A stretch of DNA of 64,000 nt from Coriobacteriaceae bacterium (GTDB lineage: Bacteria; Bacillota_I; Bacilli_A; RFN20; CAG-826), in assembly GCA_963612925.1 (NCBI GenBank), contig CAVDXG010000001.1:3824-67823 (forward strand). The letters run 5' to 3'. A model generated the notes under the pieces. It was not told the origin of the DNA, did no database searches, and was given only the letters and a program-made list of their open reading frames with translations. This document shows positions 17,126-26,661 of this stretch, one piece after another. How positions within the stretch are numbered: position 1 is the first letter of the stretch; each line of letters opens with the position of its first letter. The translations under genes were made by a program, and so were the position numbers.

Positions 17126-19669
17126 ATGCTCGATAAAAGATATGATCACAAAAAAGTAGAAGAAGGCAAATACGAATTTTGGAAGAGCAAAGGCTATTTC
17201 ACAGCTGGCGATGTAAGCAAAACGCCTTTCTCGATGGTTATCCCACCTCCAAATGTTACCGGAAAACTGCATTTAGGTCACGCTTGGGATACGACAATTC
17301 AAGATATTACAGCCAGATATAAACGATTAAGAGGATACGATGTTTTATGGCTTCCTGGAGTGGACCACGCCGGTATTGCCACACAGGCGAAGGTTGAAGA
17401 AAAACTTAGAGGTCGAGGCATTTCTCGATACGACTTAGGCCGAGAAGAGTTTTTAAAAGTAGTTTGGAAATGGAAAGAAGATTACACCCTAAACATTCAC
17501 GATCAGTGGGCAAAAATGGGCCTTTCGCTTGATTATACTCGCGAAAGATTCACTCTTGATGAAGGTCTTAGCTTAGCGGTCAAAACAGTTTTTAAAAGTC
17601 TATACGATAAAGGACTTATTTATCGTGGAGAGCGAATCGTTAACTACGATCCAGTTTTAAAGACTGCTTTATCGAATATTGAAGTAATTTATGAAGACAC
17701 CAAAGGTGAATTTTATTATTTTAAATATCCAATCGTCGGAGAGGAGGGCTTTTTAGAAGTTGCCACTACACGTCCTGAAACGATGTTTGGTGATGTTGCA
17801 GTCTTTGTCAATCCTAACGATAAGCGTTATAAACACTTAATTGGCAAAAAAGTAATTAATCCTGCAAACGAAGAAGAACTTCCAATTTTGGCTGATGAAT
17901 ATGTCGACATTGAATTTGGTACAGGCGCGATGAAATGCACACCTGCTCACGATCCAAACGACTTTGCTTTATCGACAAAATACAATTTAGCTCGCATTAA
18001 AGTCATGGATGAAAATGCTAAGATGAATGAAATTTGTGGCGAGTTTAAAGGCTTAGACCGTTATGAATGCCGTGCAAAATTGGTCGAAAAAATTAAGCGT
18101 GATGGGCGATTAATCAAAATCGAAGATATTGTTCACCCAGTTGGACATAGCGAACGAAGCGGAACGATTGTTGAACCAACGCTCAGCAAACAATGGTTTG
18201 TGAAAATGAAACCTTTAGCGGAGCAAGCTTTAAAAGAGTCAACTGTTAACTTTGTACCTGCTCGCTTTAAAAATACTTGGAAACAATGGATGGAAAATGT
18301 CGATGATTGGTGCATTTCTCGTCAATTATGGTGGGGCCATAGAATTCCAGCATATTATAACGATAAAGGGGACATTTTAGTTTCGATTGATGAAGTTAAA
18401 GATCCAAACTATCATCAAGATGAAGATGTCTTTGATACTTGGTTTTCTAGCGCCTTATGGCCGTTTGCTACCCTTGGTTGGCCTAAAGAAAGCGCTGATT
18501 TTAAGCGATATTTCCCAACATCACTTCTTTCAACTGGCTACGACATTATCTTCTTCTGGGTTTCTAGAATGATTTTCCAATCGATTGAATTTACTGGCAA
18601 GTCACCTTTTAAAGATTGCTTGATTCACGGTTTGATTCGTGATGAAAAAGGCCGAAAGATGTCCAAATCTTTAGGAAATGGCATTGATCCAATCGATGTT
18701 ATTGATAAATATGGAGTTGATGCCCTTCGCTATTTCTTAACGACTGGAAGTGCACCTGGACAAGATATTCGCTATATCGATGAAAAGGTTTCTGCAAGCA
18801 GCAATTATTTAAATAAGATTTGGAATAGTGCGAGATATGTTTTGGAAAATCTTGGTAATGACTTTAAAAGGGAAGAAATTGACTTTAAAGAATTACTTCC
18901 ATTAGAACGAGATATCTTAATTAAATTAAATAACACCATTAAGAGCGTTCGCGACGCGATGGATAAATATGAATATTCTTTAGCGAGTTCGTATCTATAT
19001 AATTTTGTCTATGATGATTTTTGCTCAGCTTATTTAGAGATGAGTAAAGTTTCATTGCAAGGAAATGATGAATCATATAAGAGAAAAGTCTATAATGTGC
19101 TCTTTTATGTGCTAAAAAACATTATCATCATGATTTATCCGTATGCTCCTTTTATTGGCGAGGAATTATATCTTGCTTTGCCTGAACATTTAGAATCGAT
19201 AATGCTTGAAAGCTATCCAGAAGTTAAAAAATACCCTTCGATAGATTTAAGTGCAGTATCTATCCTTTATAAGATGATTCAAGATATTCGAAATTACAAA
19301 GTCGATAACAAGCTCGCTCCTAATGCCGATTTAAAACTTATTGTTGAAACTAAGATGAGCTTATTTTCTAATTTCCTCGATTGCTTAAAACGATTCTCTT
19401 TCTCTAAAAATATTTCAGTTGTTGAAAAGGCTAACTCCAAAGGAGTTAAATATGCTTATACTAAAGCGAATCTCTTTATTGAAGACAATATTAGTGAAGA
19501 AGAAAAAGCCGCTAAAAAAGCGAAAGACATTGCTTTCTTAAAAAGTGAAATAGAGCGAAGTGAAAAGATGCTTAATAATCAAAATTTCATCTTGAAAGCT
19601 CCTAAAGAAAAAGTGGAACTTGAAAGAAAGAAACTAGAAGAATACAAGAAGCGATTATCCTCCTTATAA
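17126..19669 (+). CDS. valS: Valyl-tRNA synthetase
   Basis: Class-I HIGH motif (PNVTGKLHLGHA) and KMSKS motif. Has a C-terminal coiled coil. The RBS GGAGG lies 8 nt upstream of the ATG at 17126; the track's TTG at 17108 is rejected. Confidence 0.9.
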   Translation: MLDKRYDHKKVEEGKYEFWKSKGYFTAGDVSKTPFSMVIPPPNVTGKLHLGHAWDTTIQDITARYKRLRGYDVLWLPGVDHAGIATQAKVEEKLRGRGISRYDLGREEFLKVVWKWKEDYTLNIHDQWAKMGLSLDYTRERFTLDEGLSLAVKTVFKSLYDKGLIYRGERIVNYDPVLKTALSNIEVIYEDTKGEFYYFKYPIVGEEGFLEVATTRPETMFGDVAVFVNPNDKRYKHLIGKKVINPANEEELPILADEYVDIEFGTGAMKCTPAHDPNDFALSTKYNLARIKVMDENAKMNEICGEFKGLDRYECRAKLVEKIKRDGRLIKIEDIVHPVGHSERSGTIVEPTLSKQWFVKMKPLAEQALKESTVNFVPARFKNTWKQWMENVDDWCISRQLWWGHRIPAYYNDKGDILVSIDEVKDPNYHQDEDVFDTWFSSALWPFATLGWPKESADFKRYFPTSLLSTGYDIIFFWVSRMIFQSIEFTGKSPFKDCLIHGLIRDEKGRKMSKSLGNGIDPIDVIDKYGVDALRYFLTTGSAPGQDIRYIDEKVSASSNYLNKIWNSARYVLENLGNDFKREEIDFKELLPLERDILIKLNNTIKSVRDAMDKYEYSLASSYLYNFVYDDFCSAYLEMSKVSLQGNDESYKRKVYNVLFYVLKNIIIMIYPYAPFIGEELYLALPEHLESIMLESYPEVKKYPSIDLSAVSILYKMIQDIRNYKVDNKLAPNADLKLIVETKMSLFSNFLDCLKRFSFSKNISVVEKANSKGVKYAYTKANLFIEDNISEEEKAAKKAKDIAFLKSEIERSEKMLNNQNFILKAPKEKVELERKKLEEYKKRLSSL

Positions 19670-19676
19670 AAAAATT

Positions 19677-19701
19677 GATGGAACATAGTTCCATCTTTTT
19701 T
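19677..19701 (+). terminator. Rho-independent terminator after valS
   Basis: GATGGAAC-ATA-GTTCCATC (8-bp stem) followed by TTTTTT. Confidence 0.65.
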
Positions 19702-19754
19702 AATTTTGGCACTTTTGGTTTTATCTGCATATACAAGTATATGGAGGTAAATTT

Positions 19755-20300
19755 ATGGCTAAAATATTTATAGCAGTCTTAGTTGTTACTATTGGGCTAA
19801 TCGTTGTCTTCCAATTCATCGATCCTAATTTAACAACTAGTACAGTCAATAGCGGCACGACCGCGCTTGTTAATAGTGGCGATTCAATAAGCGTTTCTAT
19901 CAGCGGAGAAATTGTTAGAAGTGGAACTTATATAGTGGATGTAAATTCCACGCTCGGCGACTTAATTGAAGTTGCTAACGGAGTAAACACCAATGCTGAT
20001 GAACTCGCATACGATACTTCTTATTTATTAGAAGATGGATTAAGTTTTTATATCGCTCCTAAATATGACAACACAGATGTTTGCTCATTAGAGCCAATCA
20101 AGAAAGTTAACATTAATTCGGATAACGAAACCAAATTGCAAGAAGTAAGTGGGATTGGCTCTTCAATTGCTAAAGCAATTGTTGCACATCGCGAAGGTGG
20201 AAATACTTTTAAACGAATTGAAGAATTAAAAAATGTTAATGGCATTGGGAATGCCACCTTTGAGAAAATTAAAAACTATGTAGTGCTCAGAAGCGCTTAA
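19755..20300 (+). CDS. comEA: Competence protein ComEA (helix-hairpin-helix DNA receptor)
   Basis: N-terminal TM helix. C-terminal tandem HhH (...VSGIGSSIAKAIVAHRE...NGIGNATFEKIK). The RBS is GGAGGT. Confidence 0.8.
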   Translation: MAKIFIAVLVVTIGLIVVFQFIDPNLTTSTVNSGTTALVNSGDSISVSISGEIVRSGTYIVDVNSTLGDLIEVANGVNTNADELAYDTSYLLEDGLSFYIAPKYDNTDVCSLEPIKKVNINSDNETKLQEVSGIGSSIAKAIVAHREGGNTFKRIEELKNVNGIGNATFEKIKNYVVLRSA

Positions 20301-20303
20301 GCG

Positions 20304-22331
20304 ATGTTTGCTTTTCTAATATTTATTAGTTTTATTCTTGGTTTATTCTTCTTTAAAGGCAACATATTCGTTTCTGTTGCCTTTATTGTTATTTTTGTTA
20401 TTTATTTAATCTATCGCTTTAGAAATAAGAAAATTATCTATTTTTTATTAGCTTTAACAATAGGAATAATAATTCCTAAGATTGATGTAAGTTATAATCC
20501 AGAGGATAATTGCTACACAGGAATAGTAATAGAAAGCAAAGAAAATTATTTTATTTTTCAATCTCGATTTGAAAAATTTTATATTTACGAAGCTAACAAT
20601 GAACGAGAAATAGGCGATGTTTTACTTATCAAATCTAAGGCATATACATTTGAAAGCACCAGTTATGAATCGCGATTTGATTTTGCTTCATATTTAGAAG
20701 ATAAAGGTATAAAAAGACAGTTATATTCGAATAGCATCGAAGTGAAGCACGCATCTTTTCTTCGAAGGAAAAAGATAAAAAATAATTATTTAAATAGTTT
20801 CGATGAGCCATCAAAATCAATATTGTCCGCCCTTTTGTTTGGTGATCGGAATTATGATAGCGAAGCAATTGCATTGGCTAATGAATTAAATATTATTTTC
20901 CTTTTTTCAATAAGTGGAATATATCTTAGTTTCTTTATTAAAGTAGTTAAAAAAATTCTTAGCCTTTTTTTAAAAGAAGAGTTAGCAACATTGATTCCGA
21001 TATTATTTCTATTTCCTTTAATGTTATTTATTTTCCCAAAAGTCGGTCCAACAAGAGCATATTTAATGGCGGTTTTAACTCTTTTAAACAGAACATTATT
21101 AAAGCGAAAATATAGTCGCTTGACGCTAATATCTTCTTTAGGATTGACATTTTTATTAGTCGATTTTCATCTTGTTTATCAGGCTAGTTTTTATATCGGT
21201 TTTGCTATGTCGATATTTAGCCAATTCATAAGAAGACCTTTAAGAGGATTTTCGAAGGTTAAACGCCAATTATATTTTAGCCTTTTTGCCTTTGCTTTTA
21301 TTTTGCCTTTTAGTAGTTCGTTAGTGTATAAATGGTATATTTTTTCACCAATTTTCCAATATTTATTAACCCCTTTAAATGAGATTTATATTTTTCTAGC
21401 TATTTTCTCGTTTTATATTCATGTACCTTTTACTCATATTTTTCAGTTTTTATCGAACTTTATTGTTTTTTCAATGCGACAATTTCAAAGCATAAATTTT
21501 GCTATTTATTACAATTCAATTTTTAACTATTTTGTGCCTTTTTATTATTTTTGTTTTCTCTACATTGCCAATTTACTTGAGCAAAAAAGATATTACCATT
21601 TTAAACTAGGCTCTATTTCACTTATTTCGCTGCTACTTATTTGCTTTGTTCCTTTAAAAATTTATGTCACAAATTCAATCTACTTTATCAACGTTGGCCA
21701 AGGCGATTCCATCCTTATTCAGAATAAAAACAATATTGTTATGATTGACACTGGAGGAAATAAAAGTTTTGATATGGCTAGCGAGGTGCTCATCCCTTTT
21801 TTAAGAAGGCATGAAATAAAACATATTGACGCTCTTATAACTACTCACAACGACTTTGATCACGCTGGGGCTGCTTCTTCTTTAATATCCAACTTCAAAG
21901 TTAACAATTTTTATACTTGTTACGATTTTTCTTACTATGAAATCGGCGAAATTAAGCTTCAAAATATAAATCACTATACCGCTATAGACGATAATGATAA
22001 ATCGTTAGTCTTCAATCTCTCTTTTTTATCTTCTAAATGGCTTTTGATGGGCGATGCTAGCATAAATGTTGAGAATTATTTAATTAAAGAAAGCGTTGAT
22101 ATTGACTGCGATTATTTAAAAGTAGGGCATCACGGCAGTAATACATCGACATCTGATGCATTTTTGAAAGCATCGTCGCCAAAAGAAGCGATTATTTCTG
22201 TCGGCAAGAAAAATAGTTATAAGCATCCAAGTAAGGAAGTTATTGACCGACTCAATAAATACAATGTGAAAATTCGCCGGACCGATTTAGAAGGAACGAT
22301 TTGCTATAGCCAATATACTTTTTCTTATTAA
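20304..22331 (+). CDS. comEC: DNA-internalisation competence protein ComEC/Rec2
   Basis: Large polytopic core plus a C-terminal metallo-beta-lactamase domain (HNDFDHAG, VGHHGS). Confidence 0.85.
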   Translation: MFAFLIFISFILGLFFFKGNIFVSVAFIVIFVIYLIYRFRNKKIIYFLLALTIGIIIPKIDVSYNPEDNCYTGIVIESKENYFIFQSRFEKFYIYEANNEREIGDVLLIKSKAYTFESTSYESRFDFASYLEDKGIKRQLYSNSIEVKHASFLRRKKIKNNYLNSFDEPSKSILSALLFGDRNYDSEAIALANELNIIFLFSISGIYLSFFIKVVKKILSLFLKEELATLIPILFLFPLMLFIFPKVGPTRAYLMAVLTLLNRTLLKRKYSRLTLISSLGLTFLLVDFHLVYQASFYIGFAMSIFSQFIRRPLRGFSKVKRQLYFSLFAFAFILPFSSSLVYKWYIFSPIFQYLLTPLNEIYIFLAIFSFYIHVPFTHIFQFLSNFIVFSMRQFQSINFAIYYNSIFNYFVPFYYFCFLYIANLLEQKRYYHFKLGSISLISLLLICFVPLKIYVTNSIYFINVGQGDSILIQNKNNIVMIDTGGNKSFDMASEVLIPFLRRHEIKHIDALITTHNDFDHAGAASSLISNFKVNNFYTCYDFSYYEIGEIKLQNINHYTAIDDNDKSLVFNLSFLSSKWLLMGDASINVENYLIKESVDIDCDYLKVGHHGSNTSTSDAFLKASSPKEAIISVGKKNSYKHPSKEVIDRLNKYNVKIRRTDLEGTICYSQYTFSY

Positions 22332-22356
22332 GAAGATGCAAATTGTTTAGTTTTGT

Positions 22357-23322
22357 TTGATAATTGTAACTATGAATTACATCCTTTATGGAAAGCAATA
22401 TCCAATGATTAAAAAAAGATTGGATAAAATCTTGAAAGATCGGCTTGGTGAAATCGATGATTTTAATGTTTCTAAGTATGATTTAGAAAATGCCAATTTA
22501 GATGACGCGATTGACGATGCTTATGCTCTTCCATTAGGCTATGATAGAAAAGCCGTTATCTTTGATAACGTCACCTTTATTTCAAAGGGCGCAAAGAAAG
22601 AAGATGTCAAAAAGGTAATGGAGCTTATTAGCATTCCTAACGATGACATCGATTTATTATTCATTATTCGAGAAGAAGATGTGGATAAAAAGTCGCCAAT
22701 TTATGAGCTTGTTGAAAAAGATGGCCATGTCTACAACTTGATGGATTTAAGTAAAGACGATTGGGATAAATATGTTCGCAAATACTTTTCTGACCGAGAT
22801 GTAAAAATCGACAATGACGCAGTAAGTGAGTTAATTTTAAGAGTCGATGGAGACTTAAATCGATTTATTAACGAAGCAGATAAACTTTGTTTATATAAAA
22901 AGGAAATTAAATTAGTGGATGTAGTTCTAATGGTGGCTAAGCCATTAGAGGATAATGCATTTGAAATGTGCAACGCTCTTTTAAGAGGAGATAATGCAAT
23001 CGCCTTATCAATTTATCGGGATTTAAAAATGCTAGGTTCACGAGCTACAGATTCATTAATTCCTTTGTTATCAAGTCAATTTAGATTTATTTCACAAGTC
23101 TTTTATCTTTACGCAAAGGGTTTTGACGCTAATGAGATAACAAATGAATTAAAAGCTAATAGATATCGAGTCATTCAATCTCTAAAGCTTAGATCACATT
23201 TAAAATTTAGCGATATTTTCCACGCTTTAGATGATTTATATAATCTTGATCTCAACATTAAAAGCGGTCAAGTCGACCGCTTCTATGGTTTTGAATTATT
23301 TTTAATCAATTTTCCTAATTAA
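22357..23322 (+). CDS. holA: DNA polymerase III delta subunit
   Basis: 321 aa in the conserved comEC-holA-rpsT context with the usual delta-subunit length and helical pattern. The start could alternatively be the ATG at 22372. Confidence 0.7.
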   Translation: MIIVTMNYILYGKQYPMIKKRLDKILKDRLGEIDDFNVSKYDLENANLDDAIDDAYALPLGYDRKAVIFDNVTFISKGAKKEDVKKVMELISIPNDDIDLLFIIREEDVDKKSPIYELVEKDGHVYNLMDLSKDDWDKYVRKYFSDRDVKIDNDAVSELILRVDGDLNRFINEADKLCLYKKEIKLVDVVLMVAKPLEDNAFEMCNALLRGDNAIALSIYRDLKMLGSRATDSLIPLLSSQFRFISQVFYLYAKGFDANEITNELKANRYRVIQSLKLRSHLKFSDIFHALDDLYNLDLNIKSGQVDRFYGFELFLINFPN

Positions 23323-23582
23323 TTCAATGAATTAACTAATTTGGCTAAAGCAGCTTTTTTGCGATTAGCAGTATTACGAGCATAAACGCCATCGCTAACG
23401 CTTTTATCGATTAATTTAGTTGCTACTTTTAAGGCTTCTGTAGCAGCAGCAACATCTTTCTTTTCAACAGCAAGACGAACTTTTTTACTTTCGGTGGCAA
23501 TGCGTGAACGAATTGCAACATTGCGAACTCTTGCTTTTTCGTTGGTTTTTATTCTTTTAATTTGGGATTTAATTTGAGCCAT
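23319..23582 (-). CDS. rpsT: 30S ribosomal protein S20
   Basis: MAQIKSQIKRIKTNEKARVRN... is the S20 signature. The RBS is GAGGTG. Its stop overlaps the holA stop by 4 nt, convergently. Confidence 0.9.
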   Translation of the reverse strand: MAQIKSQIKRIKTNEKARVRNVAIRSRIATESKKVRLAVEKKDVAAATEALKVATKLIDKSVSDGVYARNTANRKKAALAKLVNSLN

Positions 23583-23646
23583 TTTCTTAACACCTCTTTT
23601 TTATATCGCAAATAAGTTTATCAAACTTAATAGTTCATAACAACTT

Positions 23647-25647
23647 TTATTTGCTTTTTTGCTTTCCTTTCAAAGAAAGGATTTCTTCGGTAAAATCGTT
23701 TACGCTTGTCAACAAAGCATATTTATCTTCTGGAATGTTGATCCCGAATTCTTTGTTAATTGTGTCTATTAATTCAACATAAGACATCGAGTCGCCACCT
23801 AAATTGTTAATCCAGTGATCATCATCGCCAACTTTAACTATCGGTAGAATTAGAATCTTCGCGAATATTTTTCGCACTTTTTTAACAATTGGTTCAACTT
23901 CTTCTTTTGTGTAACCATCGAACTTTTTAATTTTCTTTTTCATAGAAAAATCGACGAATAAATCAGCTTGTTCACTTAGGAACTGTTTGACTCTAAAGCG
24001 TTTAACTTTCATCGAAGCAGTTAAAGGCAAACGGTTTTTACTGATTAAGAATTTTTCAACTCTCTTTTCATTTGGCAGTGTGAGATTTATTTCTTCGCAA
24101 CGCTTTTTAATTGTTTCTAAATCTTCCTCACCGACATCGCTTGTAATTTCAATTACACAAGTAATAGCTTCGTGATGAGAGCCTTTTTTAATTCCGACTA
24201 CGCAAACTTTATTAACACCTGGAATGCCTTTGAAATAATCTTCGATTTCATCTGGATAAACATTTTCACCATTAGCGTTTATGATGACATCTTTGATTCG
24301 ACCTTTTAAATAGTAGTGGCCTGTTTCGTCAACAGAAGCGATATCTCCAGTATGCAAATAGCCATCTTCTAAAACTGGTTTTTGTTTGACTCCATCGATA
24401 ATTTCTAAGTAGTGAGTAATCGGGGATTTAATCAATAGTTCTCCGGTGTTAGGCTCGATTGCAGTGGTGCCAACAAGCTTATATTCAACTCCGTGAAGAG
24501 GATGACCAATGCTACCTTTTAAGCGCTGCTCGACATTCATTGACAATTCGACGGAAGTAACACCGACTTCAGTCATACCAAAGCCATTATAAAGAGGATA
24601 ACCAACTCCGTTAATTGTATTTAAAGTATCAAGCGAAAGATAACCGCCTCCCGAGATGCAATAACGGATCTTTTTACCTAAAAGTTGATTTTGTACAGCT
24701 GATAAAGTCATCGAATAGGCGCTGCTACCAGCTTCATCGCTAGAAATCTTTTTGGTTTGATAAGCAATCATTTTAGCCAACGCATCGACTTTTTTCTTGC
24801 CTTCTAGTTCTGCTTTTCTAGTGATTTGTTGCGCTAGAGAATCCCAAAATAGTGGCACACTATAGATGTGTGTAATTCCACATTTTTGCGAAACATTAGC
24901 AACTTCTTTAGGCGATAAGTCTTTGGTGAAAACGATGTTCTTGCCAAAGAATGTATACCATAAAAAGACCGCCACAAATCCAAAGATGTGGTGGAAAGGA
25001 ATGATGGCTAAAATATTGATTTCGCCTGGATACATGATATCTTTTGTCTCTTCTGGCATATCTAATGCGGCAGCAATTTGATGGCACATATTTGCTCCGT
25101 TATAGACCATCAGTTTTACATTGCCAGTTGTTCCGCTTGAACAGAAAATGATATCGTTAGCCCACTTTGTAGCAAATTTAAAGTTAACTTTTGTTTCCTT
25201 AAGCGCGGTGATGTTGACATTTACCACCTCGTAAGTAGAAATTTCATGGGTAATAATTGCTCCGGCGTGCGACTCTTTTAAAAGAATTTCAGTGTTTTCT
25301 TTTGGGAGTTTTGAGTCGATTAAAAATGGTACATAACCACTCATAAGAATTCCCCAGAAAATAAGTGGCCAGTCTGGACAATTGTGAAGTTTTAAGGCAA
25401 CAACTGAATCAAGAGGCAATGTTTTTAATTTTTCCGAAATTCTTGAAGCGAATTCGAAACAATATGAACGATAATGCTTGTATTTTATGGATATCGTTTT
25501 GCCTTTTTCATTGATCCAAGTGATGGCTTTTTCTTTTTTGTGCAAAGATGTTGCTTTGTTGAAAATATCTTGCATCGTCTTTGATGTTTTTAATAAATCT
25601 TCTGCCGATGAGAAGAATTGCTTTACTTGCTTATATTCGTTATACAT
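23647..25647 (-). CDS. Adenylate-forming enzyme (acyl-AMP/acyl-CoA ligase-like) fused to a C-terminal phosphopantetheine carrier domain
   Basis: AMP-binding core CSSGTTGNVK, GFGMTE and YLHTGDIASVDETGHYYLKGRIKD. The C-terminal ~80 aa carry LGGDSMSYVELI, a PP-binding Ser motif. The RBS is GAGGT. The gene stands alone. Confidence 0.75.
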   Translation of the reverse strand: MYNEYKQVKQFFSSAEDLLKTSKTMQDIFNKATSLHKKEKAITWINEKGKTISIKYKHYRSYCFEFASRISEKLKTLPLDSVVALKLHNCPDWPLIFWGILMSGYVPFLIDSKLPKENTEILLKESHAGAIITHEISTYEVVNVNITALKETKVNFKFATKWANDIIFCSSGTTGNVKLMVYNGANMCHQIAAALDMPEETKDIMYPGEINILAIIPFHHIFGFVAVFLWYTFFGKNIVFTKDLSPKEVANVSQKCGITHIYSVPLFWDSLAQQITRKAELEGKKKVDALAKMIAYQTKKISSDEAGSSAYSMTLSAVQNQLLGKKIRYCISGGGYLSLDTLNTINGVGYPLYNGFGMTEVGVTSVELSMNVEQRLKGSIGHPLHGVEYKLVGTTAIEPNTGELLIKSPITHYLEIIDGVKQKPVLEDGYLHTGDIASVDETGHYYLKGRIKDVIINANGENVYPDEIEDYFKGIPGVNKVCVVGIKKGSHHEAITCVIEITSDVGEEDLETIKKRCEEINLTLPNEKRVEKFLISKNRLPLTASMKVKRFRVKQFLSEQADLFVDFSMKKKIKKFDGYTKEEVEPIVKKVRKIFAKILILPIVKVGDDDHWINNLGGDSMSYVELIDTINKEFGINIPEDKYALLTSVNDFTEEILSLKGKQKSK

Positions 25648-25681
25648 TTAAACTAACCTCTACTTCTTCACTTTCACTCAA

Positions 25682-25710
25682 TTGAAAATGAGTTGTAACT
25701 TTTTTATAAT
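25682..25710 (+). promoter_or_regulatory. Sigma-A promoter of fmt (near-leaderless transcript)
   Basis: TTGAAA (25682-25687), a 17-nt spacer, then TATAAT (25705-25710). The ATG at 25721 is about 4 nt past the predicted TSS. Confidence 0.45.
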
Positions 25711-25720
25711 AACTTACGTT

Positions 25721-26656
25721 ATGAAAAAAGAGAACAATTATCGCTTAATTTTTATGGGAACGCCATCTATCGCTTCAAAAGTTTTTGAAGCATTAATTGA
25801 GGATGGTTTTAATTTTGTTGCTTTAATTTGCCAAGAAGATAAAGTGGTGGGACGAAAAGCAATTTTGGAAGCGTCGCCAACTAAAAAAGTAGCTTTAATG
25901 CATAATATTCCGGTCTATCAACCTCATAAAATTCGTTTGGATTATGAATTTGTTAAAGAGCTCAAACCTGATTTAATTCTCACAATGGCCTATGGACAAA
26001 TCGTTCCTCAAGAACTTTTAGACATCCCAAAATATGGTTGTTTAAATTTACATGGCTCTCTTCTTCCTAAATATCGTGGGGCAGCGCCAATCCAAAGAGC
26101 AATTATTGATGGAGAAAAGAAAACCGGCATCACTTTAATGGAAATGGTTGACAAGATGGATGCTGGCAAAATGTTTGCTAAAGAAGAAGTCATAATTTCT
26201 GATGATGATAACTACACATCGCTATGCGATAAGATGTCTTTAGCGGCCATAAAAATTTGTAAAGATAATCTTCTTAAATACCTCAATGGCGAATTAATTG
26301 GAGTTAATCAAGACGAGCAGCTTGTTACTTTCGCAAATAAGATTAAACCCGAAGATGAAAAGCTCGATATATCGCTAGGTTATCGCGATTTTATTAATTA
26401 TGTCCGTGGATTATCCGAAGAGCCTGGAGCTTATTTAAATTTAATGGACAAAAAAATAAAAATTTATAAAGCCCATTTATTAAAGGAAGGCCCTCAGCAA
26501 GATGTTGGTAAACTCTTCATTCATAAAGGCGTGTCTCTTGTTTTAAAAGATGGCATTATATCTTTAGATATTCTTCAATTAGAAGGCAAGAAGAAAATGG
26601 ATGGGAAAAGCTTTGCGAATGGCAATGCTTCTTTTAACGGAAAATATCTTCATTAA
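25721..26656 (+). CDS. fmt: Methionyl-tRNA formyltransferase
   Basis: RLIFMGTP...formyl-transferase N-domain with HGSLLPKYRGAAPIQRAI. I chose the start at 25721 to match the usual Fmt N-terminus; the track's TTG at 25682 is rejected. Confidence 0.85.
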   Translation: MKKENNYRLIFMGTPSIASKVFEALIEDGFNFVALICQEDKVVGRKAILEASPTKKVALMHNIPVYQPHKIRLDYEFVKELKPDLILTMAYGQIVPQELLDIPKYGCLNLHGSLLPKYRGAAPIQRAIIDGEKKTGITLMEMVDKMDAGKMFAKEEVIISDDDNYTSLCDKMSLAAIKICKDNLLKYLNGELIGVNQDEQLVTFANKIKPEDEKLDISLGYRDFINYVRGLSEEPGAYLNLMDKKIKIYKAHLLKEGPQQDVGKLFIHKGVSLVLKDGIISLDILQLEGKKKMDGKSFANGNASFNGKYLH

Positions 26657-26661
26657 TTAAT

